Below, one piece after another: positions 27,725 to 37,837 of a DNA stretch of 64,000 nucleotides. Origin of the DNA: a virus (lineage: Duplodnaviria; Caudoviricetes). The first letter of the stretch is position 1. Each line of letters starts with the position of its first letter. Made by a program: the position numbers and the translations under genes. The notes below the pieces were generated by a model. The model made no database searches. It worked only from the letters and a program-made list of their open reading frames with translations, and was not told the DNA's origin. The DNA lies in IMG/VR virus record IMGVR_UViG_3300020050_016625, positions 70,864 through 134,863 of that record. One strand, written 5' to 3'.

Positions 27725-28779
27725 AAATAGAGTTTGATAAGTGAGATGTAAGTAGATATACTAATTTGTTCTAACAACTTGAACTCATCGCCTACTTTTT
27801 TGAGTTGAAATAATACTTTATTGAAATTAGAATCTTTAGCATACAAACCAAGTTCTTTGCCTTCTAAATCGCTAATGTTTTGTAACTCGTCTTTCAAGTC
27901 GTTCAATAAGCAACGTTTTGCCCTAACGATAACAATAAATATTTCTTTCAAGTCGTAACGGTCTTGCAAGAACTTATTGAAATCAATATGAAATTTGTCG
28001 AAATACTTGCTTACCTTAATAAGTATTTCTTTATTGTGAGCGTAATTTTCATCGCCTTTTTTCAACAAAGCAAGCAAGTCGTATGCAGGGCTTTTTAGTT
28101 TCAATCTATTGAAATTTTCATCTACCAAAACATAGCCCTCACAAGTAACAGGATTCATATCCTTTACAATCTGTTTTAGCGTATCAAAATTATAGCATAC
28201 ACTTTCTGTCATAATATGAAATTCTCGCAATGTTTCATTATCCCTTTCACCTATTAAACTAATACTTTCGGTTGCGGCTTGCGTAATAAATTGCGTATCG
28301 CTTGGAAACTTAAATTCAAACATGTGTGTGCAATCTTTATCCAACTCATACCCATACCCTAACTTATTCCACACATGCCAAAAATAATCAGCATACGATA
28401 TACCTTTATGCCTAATCATTCCACTTGCATCTGCACTGCTTTTTGTGGATACATTCCAAGTGCCATTATAAAACCAAACGTTGCAAAGTGAGCCATCTAT
28501 TTTTTCAGTAAAATAAAACTCATTGAAATCAAAGTTTGTCTTTACATTTTCGTTGTAATCAAAAAATCTATCAAACGGATAACAAATAATTTCAAAGGTA
28601 TCTTTATTGACAATAATACCCCTACAACTATTCGTAATTTCGTTTTTAGGCGACTTTGTGTGGTGGTAGCATAAACATACTAATTCAGGATAAATAAGGC
28701 TATAATCAGCCTTTATATGAAATTCACTACATAGTGTAGCTATTCCCTTTTCCTTTAAATAATTAATTAATGGAATCAT
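27721..28779 (-). CDS. RNA ligase, T4 Rnl1-like
   Basis: CRGII...PFDRFF, EKIDGSL, EGYVL and LKLKSPAY nucleotidyltransferase motifs. Confidence 0.85.
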   Translation of the reverse strand: MIPLINYLKEKGIATLCSEFHIKADYSLIYPELVCLCYHHTKSPKNEITNSCRGIIVNKDTFEIICYPFDRFFDYNENVKTNFDFNEFYFTEKIDGSLCNVWFYNGTWNVSTKSSADASGMIRHKGISYADYFWHVWNKLGYGYELDKDCTHMFEFKFPSDTQFITQAATESISLIGERDNETLREFHIMTESVCYNFDTLKQIVKDMNPVTCEGYVLVDENFNRLKLKSPAYDLLALLKKGDENYAHNKEILIKVSKYFDKFHIDFNKFLQDRYDLKEIFIVIVRAKRCLLNDLKDELQNISDLEGKELGLYAKDSNFNKVLFQLKKVGDEFKLLEQISISTYISLIKLYL

Positions 28780-29753
28780 AAATATTGTATTGCTAATTTT
28801 GAATTTATTTGGCGTATTTCGGTAAAATCGTTATCTGTGTATTTACATACAATGCAGGTATCATAATCGGAAATAATGCTTTTTAGCGTTTGCATGAATA
28901 AGACTGTATTTTCTTTGTATTTTTCTAATACTACAATGTCTTTTGTCTCGCAATCAATTAGCAAGTAGGTAGAATCAACTATATTTACTAATAAGTAGTT
29001 AGCACCTGCTTTGGTTACTACATGCGAAAACTTTTCAAAAATCGGTGCAATATCGAAATATGTAAATGGTAGCCATTTATCATATAAATACTTAAAATCG
29101 TAGATATTTTTAGGCACATCTAAAATGTAAAAATCTGTCTTTTCAAGTATTTCATTTGCGATATATTCCATTAGATTAGGAATCTCTAAACTATCATAAC
29201 TATTTGAGTATGCATCTCCGTATAAAAGTACTATAAACCAATCATAAAATAAATGAAATTCGATTTCATTCTTTATGTATTTAACGCCTGTATAATTGCC
29301 ATATTTAGCGACCTCACTACTTAATTCAAATCCTATTTTAAGCAACTCGCTAACAAGCATTTCATAGACAAACTCATTTATGTTCACTATATCAATAGTA
29401 CCACCGTCCCACTCATAAGCAGGGTAGTCTTTGTAACCGTTTTTCTTTTCTTGCTTTGTCCAATTTTTCATTTCTTCTTTGTCTCCCTTATCGCAATCGG
29501 TTAGCCATTTGCGCCCGAAATCGCTTTCAATTTGTTGGTGTATTTCATCTTCATACTCGTCTTGCTCACTTTCTCCCATTAGCAAGTAGCTGCTATCAAT
29601 AAGGATATACCAAGTTTCAGGACGTGAACCAATAGGCGTAACTTGCGCCAAAAGTTTGCCATCGCCCATTGTTTGCGCCAAAACAGGTGTAATGGTTTTA
29701 CCTTCCCATTGTCGTGGCTTTAATAAATCTGCTAAATATTGCTCTATTGTCAT
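28776..29753 (-). CDS. Hypothetical acidic protein
   Basis: 325 aa ORF in operon. Confidence 0.6.
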   Translation of the reverse strand: MTIEQYLADLLKPRQWEGKTITPVLAQTMGDGKLLAQVTPIGSRPETWYILIDSSYLLMGESEQDEYEDEIHQQIESDFGRKWLTDCDKGDKEEMKNWTKQEKKNGYKDYPAYEWDGGTIDIVNINEFVYEMLVSELLKIGFELSSEVAKYGNYTGVKYIKNEIEFHLFYDWFIVLLYGDAYSNSYDSLEIPNLMEYIANEILEKTDFYILDVPKNIYDFKYLYDKWLPFTYFDIAPIFEKFSHVVTKAGANYLLVNIVDSTYLLIDCETKDIVVLEKYKENTVLFMQTLKSIISDYDTCIVCKYTDNDFTEIRQINSKLAIQYL

Positions 29754-29812
29754 AACAAATCGTTTTCTTTATAACAAAAAACACCTACAAATGTTTATGC
29801 AGGTGTTTTTTG

Positions 29813-30031
29813 TTAAACCTTTTCTGTTAATTCTAACGACTCCTCATATTGAGTGCGCCACCAATCCGCAGCCTCTTTTTCATAACAAGGCTCGCCTAAA
29901 ATTATTCCATGTGGAAATAGTTTTGTTTGAATAGTGCAGATTCTAAGGTAATACATAGCAGTTTCGCCTTCAAAATTTTGATAAATGGTAATTGTCATTC
30001 CATTTGTGTAATACTTTATGTTTTCTATCAT
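29813..30031 (-). CDS. Hypothetical protein
   Basis: ORF in minus-strand operon. Confidence 0.5.
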   Translation of the reverse strand: MIENIKYYTNGMTITIYQNFEGETAMYYLRICTIQTKLFPHGIILGEPCYEKEAADWWRTQYEESLELTEKV

Positions 30032-30369
30032 AATAATTCAATATCATTTATTTCGGTACTATTTTCACTTAATAGATATAACTTATTACCCTCAACTATG
30101 CGTTTTATGTAAACGTCTTCTTTTGTTCTTTTCTGCCAAAACTCTAAAACATTATTCAATTCCCTTACCGCCTCACGTTCTTTATTTTTGGCATTTTCGT
30201 AGGCTTTTTGAACTGCCTCAAATTCACGTTCTGCTTGCTTAAATCTATCTGCTAAATCTAATAACAACTTGTTTAGGTTACTATCTATATTTTCAGTTTG
30301 ATTGATAATATCAGTAATTGTAGAATACGACATGCCTACTTGCTCATATTCTCCTTTTAAAATTCTCAT
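30028..30369 (-). CDS. Hypothetical coiled-coil protein
   Basis: ORF in operon. Confidence 0.55.
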   Translation of the reverse strand: MRILKGEYEQVGMSYSTITDIINQTENIDSNLNKLLLDLADRFKQAEREFEAVQKAYENAKNKEREAVRELNNVLEFWQKRTKEDVYIKRIVEGNKLYLLSENSTEINDIELL

Positions 30370-30381
30370 ATATTAAATTGA

Positions 30382-30723
30382 TTATTGGTTACACATTTCT
30401 ATTGCCCTGCCCAAAAACGGTTGTAGCTTTTCGGTACACAAAGCTATCTTTGAGAAAGAAGGCAAAATAAGCGTTAATTTGCCATTATTTTCTATCTTTG
30501 AGGGATTTATACTATCTGTAAATACGATTGATTTTTGATAGTCTAAAACCTTTAAATCTAAATCCGTATCACTTGTATAATAAGCAATACTATACTGCGA
30601 AATATCACATTTATGCTTTGTGAAAAGTGCAGTTAAGCCTCCGCCCAATAAGATTTGATTATCAAATTCATGCTTAGGAAATACAAGTATTTTTGTAGTA
30701 TTAGCTTTGTGTAGGATTGTCAT
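30382..30723 (-). CDS. Hypothetical protein
   Basis: ORF in operon. Confidence 0.55.
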   Translation of the reverse strand: MTILHKANTTKILVFPKHEFDNQILLGGGLTALFTKHKCDISQYSIAYYTSDTDLDLKVLDYQKSIVFTDSINPSKIENNGKLTLILPSFSKIALCTEKLQPFLGRAIEMCNQ

Positions 30724-31018
30724 TATCTATGTAGGCTTTAGCTTTTATTGTGATATAAGCAGATATATATGTGATTGTCTTTAACGGTAGCGTTAATTCA
30801 AAGCTAAATAGATTGACAAATAAAGGCACATTGAAATAATTGTCTTTACTATTAAAGAAAGAGATAAGCGTAACAACCTTTATAGCAAAGGCAAATCCCA
30901 CAGTTAATAGACATACAAACCAGTTTGTATAAAATCCCACATAAATAAAGCCATACATGCAAATATTTGAGAATATCGCAGCTAATACAGAAATAAGGTT
31001 TATTTTTCTTTGTCTCAT
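30701..31018 (-). CDS. Putative membrane protein
   Basis: 2-3 hydrophobic segments. Confidence 0.55.
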   Translation of the reverse strand: MRQRKINLISVLAAIFSNICMYGFIYVGFYTNWFVCLLTVGFAFAIKVVTLISFFNSKDNYFNVPLFVNLFSFELTLPLKTITYISAYITIKAKAYIDNDNPTQS

Positions 31019-31548
31019 AAATTTAACAAATGGTTAAAGTCGCTTGTGTTATGAACATAATTGAACGGGTGTATTGATATGCCTACCTTTGTGGCAAAAT
31101 AATAAAAGTTGTATAACTGCATTATATTGCTTGGTGTTTTATCCATTACTTTGCCTTCAAAAAACGCCTTTACACGCTTTTCCATTACATCATTAAACAT
31201 TAATTCAAGTGGCTTTTGGGTATGTAATGAATCTATTTTCTCATACATATTGAATTGATTTTCATACCTGAATTTCTGCCACCAATCAAAATCAATCAGC
31301 ATGAAATAAGGCGAAAACCTATCGCCTAATCTTTCTATCAATACATGAAAATTAGGATATTCCATATTATTGTAGGCTATTGAATCACTTTCATAAACCA
31401 TTTCACAAGTAATAGGACTTGTCGTGCTAAAACGCCAGCACTCCATAAAATCAAAAATGCTATTATTGTCGTTTGTGAGCGCAAATTTTAAGGGAATGAG
31501 TAATGCCCTATTTTTTATCGGTTTATGTGTTGCTTGACAATGATACAT
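31015..31548 (-). CDS. Hypothetical protein
   Basis: ORF in operon. Confidence 0.55.
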   Translation of the reverse strand: MYHCQATHKPIKNRALLIPLKFALTNDNNSIFDFMECWRFSTTSPITCEMVYESDSIAYNNMEYPNFHVLIERLGDRFSPYFMLIDFDWWQKFRYENQFNMYEKIDSLHTQKPLELMFNDVMEKRVKAFFEGKVMDKTPSNIMQLYNFYYFATKVGISIHPFNYVHNTSDFNHLLNL

Positions 31549-32045
31549 TTTTTAAATATGTTTAGTTTGTGTATGGTTGCGTTATTAAGCAGATTTATAC
31601 AAGGCTTTTCGCCTAACGTATCTAAATCCAAATACGGGTGTAAACGTGTTTGCTTGCATCTTACATTGTTTTCTTTTGTTTTCGATAATAAAGCCTTATA
31701 TAAGCTGCTACATCTAAAACCAAAGTTTTGTACAAAGATATTCGTTTCAATCGCTAATGGCTTAAATCTGCTTTCATTGTCGAAATAAGCTAATGTACGT
31801 GCTTGTTTCTCAAAACCTATTGCTGTATCAATAGCACTATGTGAGTACTTATTAAGCATGTGCGGAAATGACAAACCGATTGCGCCCGAAAATGAATCAT
31901 ACATATCTGCTAATGATATTTGAGGAGGATATGCAGTATTAATAACGGCTTGTTTATGCCTATCGTAGTTTTTTAACTCCCAAAGTAAATGCCTTATTTG
32001 TGGCGTAATTTCTATTTTAGGTAAAGTGAAAAATAAGTCTTTCAT
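31515..32045 (-). CDS. Hypothetical protein
   Basis: ORF in operon. Confidence 0.55.
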   Translation of the reverse strand: MKDLFFTLPKIEITPQIRHLLWELKNYDRHKQAVINTAYPPQISLADMYDSFSGAIGLSFPHMLNKYSHSAIDTAIGFEKQARTLAYFDNESRFKPLAIETNIFVQNFGFRCSSLYKALLSKTKENNVRCKQTRLHPYLDLDTLGEKPCINLLNNATIHKLNIFKKCIIVKQHINR

Positions 32046-32046
32046 A

Positions 32047-32460
32047 TCAAAACAATGATGTTTGTTTAGGATTTTCGTAAAAACGTGCTATTTCGCCAAA
32101 ACCGTAATAAGCAACATCTAATGGAGTTAAATCCCCATTTTCAGTAAGATATTCATAATCGCTAACTGATAAGGCTTTTAGTAAATCAATAAAAACAAAC
32201 ACATCTATGCTAAAACGGGCATAATATGGACTATCTAAGTTTGTACTTATTAATTTCATATCGTAATTTACGTATGCTTTACCATTCCAAATAACAGCCC
32301 TGCTGACTATATTATTAAAATGAATAAAGTCTATCTTTTTGCGAAAACAAATAAGCCCTTCAACTCTATTTGCATAAAATTGTACTGCGTTAAAATAGCT
32401 TTTCATACCACCATTTTCATGCAAGCAATTCAAATCTATTGTAATTTTTGGATTTGCCAT
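32047..32460 (-). CDS. Hypothetical protein
   Basis: ORF in operon. Confidence 0.55.
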   Translation of the reverse strand: MANPKITIDLNCLHENGGMKSYFNAVQFYANRVEGLICFRKKIDFIHFNNIVSRAVIWNGKAYVNYDMKLISTNLDSPYYARFSIDVFVFIDLLKALSVSDYEYLTENGDLTPLDVAYYGFGEIARFYENPKQTSLF

Positions 32461-32981
32461 TATCTTGCTATAATTTCTATTTTTTTAGGCTCATTCTTTC
32501 TCCAATCAATGTCAGGAATAGGAAACACCTCGCCATACTCTTCCGCAAAAAATACAGTCCAAATATCAATAGCCTCCTGCAAACGTTTATTGCTATCGCT
32601 TTTTGAAAAAGATATAATCTTTGTGTCAAAACAGAAAGATATTTTACCCTCACTATCTGCTGTGTGCGTTTCAATATCTTTCTTGTAAAAATCATATATG
32701 GCAATAAGTAGCTTTTTACCAAAGTCCTGCAAATTTGTACCTTTTTTGAAATCTATGCCCCTATATTTTGCATGAATATTTGCAGCCCAAACAAATACTT
32801 TTCCATAAAAGAATTGTCTTTGTTTGTCGCTTATCGCAGCCTCAAATAAATCACAAGCAGCCTGTATTTTTTTGCCGTTATCGGTGTAAAAATCAAACTC
32901 GGCTTTCTCGTAAGGTTCTAATAGTAGTTGATAAATACCTGCTTTGTTTCGCCATAATGGCAAATAGTGTCCTAATAGCAT
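32460..32981 (-). CDS. NinB-like protein (tentative)
   Basis: ISDKQRQFFYGKV and FFAEEYGEVFPIP resemble NinB-like phage proteins. Confidence 0.4.
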   Translation of the reverse strand: MLLGHYLPLWRNKAGIYQLLLEPYEKAEFDFYTDNGKKIQAACDLFEAAISDKQRQFFYGKVFVWAANIHAKYRGIDFKKGTNLQDFGKKLLIAIYDFYKKDIETHTADSEGKISFCFDTKIISFSKSDSNKRLQEAIDIWTVFFAEEYGEVFPIPDIDWRKNEPKKIEIIAR

Positions 32982-33059
32982 ATTTTTGTTTATTTGATTA
33001 TTATAATAACAAAATAAGGCGTATTTTGTTTTAAAATGCGCCTTATTCTTAGTGTTTGA

Positions 33060-33548
33060 TTATTGCTTAATAATTACCCTTAGTTTATTCATTGCCGTAT
33101 GAATACGGTGTTTAACCGTACCTAATGGGATTTGCAAATTTTCTGCTATCTCTTCGTATTTATAACCTTCGTATCGAAACATATACAACGGCTTATATAT
33201 TTCGTAGGGTAACTGCATGAGTGCCTTCTCCATTGATTCTTTTTCTGCCGCAATAACATACGGGTCTGCATCTAAAATACTATATTGAGACTCGCCAATA
33301 GCTTGTGTATTGCGCACTGATAATTTTTTTACGTAGCTATACAATTCGTTGTTTACAAGCCTTGTAATTAAGGCAATAGGCGTTTCCATTTCGGGCGTGT
33401 ACAATTTGTACATTTTTACCCACGCTTCTTGTACCAAGTCCTCACAAACGGCAGGGTCTAATCCTGACTTCTTTTTGCGCATGTGGGCATTGATTTTCGT
33501 GTAATTTGCGTTATAAAACGCTGTAAAGTCTTGTTTAATTGCTTGCAT
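33060..33548 (-). CDS. ECF-type RNA polymerase sigma factor
   Basis: EDLVQEAWVK (region 2) and EGYKYEEIAENLQIPLGTVKHRIH (region 4). Confidence 0.88.
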   Translation of the reverse strand: MQAIKQDFTAFYNANYTKINAHMRKKKSGLDPAVCEDLVQEAWVKMYKLYTPEMETPIALITRLVNNELYSYVKKLSVRNTQAIGESQYSILDADPYVIAAEKESMEKALMQLPYEIYKPLYMFRYEGYKYEEIAENLQIPLGTVKHRIHTAMNKLRVIIKQ

Positions 33549-33692
33549 GATAATTTATAAAGTTTTGCCGCCTTTTTGGTAAGAGCGACCGTTAATAATG
33601 AAATGTAAAGCTAATCCAAGTGGGATAGCTACTAAAAATAAAAATGGATTTGAAATAAGTATGTTTGCCATTGCTTTGTTTAAATTGATGTG

Positions 33693-33811
33693 CAAATCAA
33701 TTAATAAAAAAGCATATAAAAAAATATTATTTCAATTACTACATGTTTATGTCTTAATAGCCTACCTACAAAGGATATATGTATTTATACGCTATTGTTT
33801 GGAAAAGGTTT
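33693..33811 (-). promoter_or_regulatory. Tandem promoters upstream of the sigma gene: ECF-type (33786-33811) and degenerate palindrome cassette (33693-33754)
   Basis: AAACCTTTT...GCGTATAA; CTACATgtttATGTCT 38 bp from TTGATTTG. Confidence 0.55.
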
Positions 33812-33848
33812 TAATAAAATAAAAAAAGGTAGAATTATCTACCCTTTT

Positions 33849-34142
33849 TTATTCGATAAGATTGTTTAGCCTAAAACTTCTTATATCATTTGCGCCCACA
33901 TCTTTGTAAGTAATGATTACTTCTTTGTCCTTAGAGACATAGTAGCCATAATCGCCTTCTGTGTTTCTTTCTGTTTTATACTTGCTTTCATTTGCCACTT
34001 CTGTTTTAGGTACAACACGCCAAAAAGATACGCTTTTCTTACCCTGTAATTTAGCTATTTTCCAAGCTAAAACCATTGCACTAACTTGTGTAACCCCCAT
34101 TTTGATTAGGTTACGAAAAATGCTGTTAAAAATCTGCTTCAT
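33849..34142 (-). CDS. WYL_2 / DUF2693-like SH3-fold protein
   Basis: AMVLAW...VSFW...ITYKDVGANDIRSFRLNNLI. Confidence 0.6.
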   Translation of the reverse strand: MKQIFNSIFRNLIKMGVTQVSAMVLAWKIAKLQGKKSVSFWRVVPKTEVANESKYKTERNTEGDYGYYVSKDKEVIITYKDVGANDIRSFRLNNLIE

Positions 34143-34210
34143 AATAATGTAAGTAATTGAATTATATATACTTATACGTAAAATAAGGATTTTGAGTTGC
34201 TACATTAATA

Positions 34211-34304
34211 CTACATGTATATGTGGTTTCTATATAATACTATTGTATATCAAAATAAAGCATTTACATTTGTGCAAGCAATAAGAGAAACGGTTTTCTT
34301 ATTC
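34211..34304 (+). promoter_or_regulatory. Palindrome-linked promoter cassette
   Basis: CTACATgtatATGTGG, 38 bp, TACATTTG, hairpin. Confidence 0.75.
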
Positions 34305-34316
34305 AATGTTTATATT

Positions 34317-34553
34317 ATGACTGCAATGCAATTTACTCAAAAACTACTTAGTGAAATGGCTTTTTTCTTTGCATGTAGCAAGGTAAGGAAACACCCTATA
34401 AAAGGGCTTATATCTGCCGAAATACAGAAAGATAAATTAGCCCTTGTTACGCATGTAATACTCAAAGAAAGTGGAATAACAGTTAAAGATTTTCAATTTA
34501 ATGCAAATGAGTTGATAGAATGTTTGGCTAAAAATAAAGTAAAGGTAATATAA
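34317..34553 (+). CDS. Hypothetical protein
   Basis: True start MTAMQF after the cassette. Confidence 0.6.
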   Translation: MTAMQFTQKLLSEMAFFFACSKVRKHPIKGLISAEIQKDKLALVTHVILKESGITVKDFQFNANELIECLAKNKVKVI

Positions 34554-34622
34554 AAAGCATGTACAACTTCTCAGCCGTACATGCGAAAAAAATAATCATG
34601 AGTAAACAAAACTTATCCTACT

Positions 34623-35042
34623 TTATGTATTTTTAGGCATAATTGCAGTATCTTTTTTGGGTGCTGATTTTTGCCTATTATCATTTTTATCTGCTGCATA
34701 GTGATTTACACCAAAGATATAAACGGTCTCATCTGCTAATTGTTTAAAATGTGTATCTTTAAACTTGCTTAATACAATACATTTATCAATTTCGCAGATA
34801 TTTATGTAGTTTAATTCGTTGCATGGTTCGCATGGAATGATATTATATTCTAATACAAAACTATCATAAACGAGTTTAAAAGACACGTTTTTTTCTTTTC
34901 TCAAAAAATAATCATCTACTAAACCTGAGAATCTAATATCTCTTCTTGTTATTTCTAAGATTATTAAATCATCTGCCCAAGCCTCTACAATAGCTTGCTG
35001 TCTATCCTGTAAATATATTTGAAAAATATCGTAACTATCCAT
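34623..35042 (-). CDS. Hypothetical protein
   Basis: ORF in operon. Confidence 0.55.
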   Translation of the reverse strand: MDSYDIFQIYLQDRQQAIVEAWADDLIILEITRRDIRFSGLVDDYFLRKEKNVSFKLVYDSFVLEYNIIPCEPCNELNYINICEIDKCIVLSKFKDTHFKQLADETVYIFGVNHYAADKNDNRQKSAPKKDTAIMPKNT

Positions 35043-35045
35043 TTT

Positions 35046-35405
35046 TTATGTTGTTTTAGGTTGTGGTATATTGTCTCTCATATCGCTTGCAACGGTAAAA
35101 CACCCTGCAATTAATTTCAAGTCGTGGCTATGAAACCAAATATTAGGAATGGTAGTATTAAAATTATGTCCTTTTACAGAAACAATCCTACCATGAAAAA
35201 CTACTGTACAGTCATTATTTATATCTCTATCAATAGACTCACAGCCTTTATTTGTAAAGGCGTAAACTGTATTATTTGTAGCCACCAAGCAAGCAGTACC
35301 AACAGGAGGTAAATCAATAAGGCTTAAAAACTCTATTTGCGTTTCTACTTGTGCAGCCTTTTCGCATAATGTAGCGTAATATGCCGATAATTTTTCTATA
35401 TTCAT
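35046..35405 (-). CDS. Hypothetical protein
   Basis: ORF in operon. Confidence 0.55.
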   Translation of the reverse strand: MNIEKLSAYYATLCEKAAQVETQIEFLSLIDLPPVGTACLVATNNTVYAFTNKGCESIDRDINNDCTVVFHGRIVSVKGHNFNTTIPNIWFHSHDLKLIAGCFTVASDMRDNIPQPKTT

Positions 35406-35417
35406 GTGTTTGATATT

Positions 35418-35825
35418 TTAAACATCTTTAAACTCATTTGCTATTTTTATTAAGGTTTGTAACTCATTCCATTCATTAATCCCTTCTTTTGTTTTACCAA
35501 TTAAGATATTTACAATATCTGCATTGCATTTTTGGCAGAATAATTTGCACGCCTTATCTAAATTGCCATTTTTTGCATTTACAGCCTCCGCTAAATACAT
35601 ATTTTCTGTTTTGCTGTAAACAAAGCCTTTTTGTATAAATAAATTTACATCTCTTTCTTGTTTATCGCAATTTACCGTACTTGCTAAAACAAGTAATTGC
35701 TTATCATTATCTATGCTAATTTCTTGCTGTATAGAGTTTCCTATAAGTTTTAGCGTATATGTCAATACGGCTAACTTTTTACCATTTTGCAATAAATCTA
35801 CATTTTTTGTATATTTACTTCTCAT
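35418..35825 (-). CDS. Hypothetical protein
   Basis: ORF in operon. Confidence 0.55.
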   Translation of the reverse strand: MRSKYTKNVDLLQNGKKLAVLTYTLKLIGNSIQQEISIDNDKQLLVLASTVNCDKQERDVNLFIQKGFVYSKTENMYLAEAVNAKNGNLDKACKLFCQKCNADIVNILIGKTKEGINEWNELQTLIKIANEFKDV

Positions 35826-35871
35826 GTGTAGATAACAAATTATTTTGTATTTTGTTTAATTTGTTTTATAT

Positions 35872-36696
35872 TTGGGGATTAATTACAACTATATGCAGCA
35901 AAAAACCGTTAAAATTACGCTACAATGTAGTAGCGACCTTGCAAGTGAAATGCAAGAAATTGACTTATTAAATACATTCCAAAGTGATTACAATAAGGTA
36001 GAGTTAATGAAACTATCTTTTGAAATGTACAAATGGAACGTAGAAAATTTCCCACCTGATAGGCAAAAGAATGTTAATGAAATTTATAGGCTATTAAGTA
36101 AGGAAATTTGGAATAAAGAAGCGCAAAATGCAGATACGCATGACTTACTTAATATCAATATCGTAGATAATTTCCCTTGTGTAGATATTGCACCTATATA
36201 CTGTTTTTCATTGCAAGAAAACGGGCTTATTGCAGCTATTACAAAAGTCCTCATTATCGAGGAGGATATACCCGAAATTGCAAATAAAGGTGTATATGTG
36301 CAGGAAGTATATGTAAATACGATTAATGCAGATTTTGAGGCTATTTTTGAGTTTATCTCTATTCCTGAAAATGCGATTATCAAATTGCCGTATGTGGGAG
36401 ATGCTGCATTATACCATGCTTTGAATGGCTATTGTATTGAATTTTACAAGCCTGTTGAAAATATTGCAAGTTTGGAAATAATGCTTACTATGTCTCAAAT
36501 AAAATGCAAAGGATTGAATGTAGTAAGCGAAATAGGTAATTTAAGTAGGAATCTTTTGAGTGAATTGAAAGACGATAAGTTTGGGGCTTGTTTGCAGTCG
36601 CTTGCATGGCTGGGTATTATCGAAATGAATATAAAGGTAAGTGTTTATTCTGAAAATGAGTTACTGAAAAGCCAAACTATAAAGCAAAACCTTTAA
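35872..36696 (+). CDS. Degenerate paralogue of the TerL linker plus nuclease domain (start may be 35893)
   Basis: IYRLLSKEIW vs FYRVYALGEW; AITKVLIIEEDIPEIANKGVYVQEVY vs AVVKVAYLPIDIVENGEITAGRGLYVQEVV; NVVSEI vs NLISEL. Confidence 0.6.
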   Translation: MGINYNYMQQKTVKITLQCSSDLASEMQEIDLLNTFQSDYNKVELMKLSFEMYKWNVENFPPDRQKNVNEIYRLLSKEIWNKEAQNADTHDLLNINIVDNFPCVDIAPIYCFSLQENGLIAAITKVLIIEEDIPEIANKGVYVQEVYVNTINADFEAIFEFISIPENAIIKLPYVGDAALYHALNGYCIEFYKPVENIASLEIMLTMSQIKCKGLNVVSEIGNLSRNLLSELKDDKFGACLQSLAWLGIIEMNIKVSVYSENELLKSQTIKQNL

Positions 36697-36753
36697 CAGA
36701 AAAACACCTGCTAAGATTTATCTTAGCAGGTGTTTTTCTTAATTTCATAAACA

Positions 36754-37029
36754 CTATTTCTTATATTTTAAAATATAATCACATGTTTCTTTGTCTTCAA
36801 AGTCTGCATTAACGCAATGTTCAGATTCTAATAAAAACTCCAACCCTTCTATTACTTTTTTATATTTATCCATTTTTGAAGGTTTTGCAAGTCCCTGAAA
36901 TTCAAAAGAAGTTACACCTTCTAATACATTAGCAAGAGAACCTAATTTGCATACTACTACACTATGCTGGTGTTTGCTAACTTGTTTGATAACAGTTAAA
37001 ACTTTTGATATGTATATTGAAGCAGTCAT
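36754..37029 (-). CDS. Hypothetical protein
   Basis: True start MTASIY after the cassette. Confidence 0.6.
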   Translation of the reverse strand: MTASIYISKVLTVIKQVSKHQHSVVVCKLGSLANVLEGVTSFEFQGLAKPSKMDKYKKVIEGLEFLLESEHCVNADFEDKETCDYILKYKK

Positions 37030-37045
37030 AATATTGATTAATTTT

Positions 37046-37138
37046 AAATAAAGCACCGTTGCCTTATTTGTTGAAACAAAGGTAGGTGGTTATTTCCATA
37101 TAAAAAAATAGTTATAGGTAAACTACACTTTCATGTAG
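37046..37138 (-). promoter_or_regulatory. Palindrome-linked promoter cassette
   Basis: CTACATgaaaGTGTAG, 38 bp, TACCTTTG, hairpin (minus strand). Confidence 0.75.
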
Positions 37139-37300
37139 GTATTTAACTTTTAAAATAAAAATACAAATCACGGATTATTAAAGACAAACCCCCGATATTT
37201 TTAATAAAATATACAAATACGCTATGTTATTATGTAATTACTAACTATGTAAACAAGTACTTATATATTTTCGTTATTGAGGCTAATTAAATGACAATCT

Positions 37301-37768
37301 ATGACACATACAATTTTAGGATTAATTACAATATTTGGCTTCTTGATAGTCATATTCTATGCGTATAAAGCAAGAAAAAAGAGTTTTGAGGCATTTATGC
37401 GTAATAGGCGAAATAACAACTTTAAACTTTTATCTGAAATAAATAAGATTGATTATATTTTAGATATTAAAAACTATATTGCACCTTCTTTTTATGCAGC
37501 GTTCACAGCACACTATTGGCAAAATAATCAAATCGTATTTGAGAATGAAAGTTTGCTACATACTTTCTTGAATCAATACAATACGCTATTTTGGGGCAAA
37601 AATACGGGCTTTGATTTTATTTTAGCGGAAAACATAGATACCTGTAATTACATGAAAACAGAAAAGCAATACAATGGTATGACATTCGTAGGTAATAGCG
37701 AAAACGCAATACCACAAGGCTACACTTTTTTGAATGTTTTTATTTATCAATATAAGGTGCAAAAGTAA
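37301..37768 (+). CDS. Protein with an N-terminal membrane anchor
   Basis: Hydrophobic residues 4-21 followed by basic residues. Confidence 0.55.
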   Translation: MTHTILGLITIFGFLIVIFYAYKARKKSFEAFMRNRRNNNFKLLSEINKIDYILDIKNYIAPSFYAAFTAHYWQNNQIVFENESLLHTFLNQYNTLFWGKNTGFDFILAENIDTCNYMKTEKQYNGMTFVGNSENAIPQGYTFLNVFIYQYKVQK

Positions 37769-37795
37769 AACCTTTTTGATTGATAGGCGTATAAG
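37768..37795 (+). promoter_or_regulatory. ECF-type promoter
   Basis: AAACCTTTT...GCGTATAAG. Confidence 0.65.
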
Positions 37796-37837
37796 TCTAT
37801 ATAAGGCAATAAGGCTTTATATTTAATGTGAGATATT

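Noticed and set aside
30382-30723. Additional TerL fragment (NQILLGGG vs YQHLMGGAG)
   Set aside because: The similarity is limited to a few residues.
15175-33548. dCas12f/TnpB plus sigma-E RNA-guided transcription system
   Set aside because: TnpB and the sigma gene are 17 kb apart. TnpB retains its acidic RuvC residues and sits in a discrete insertion.
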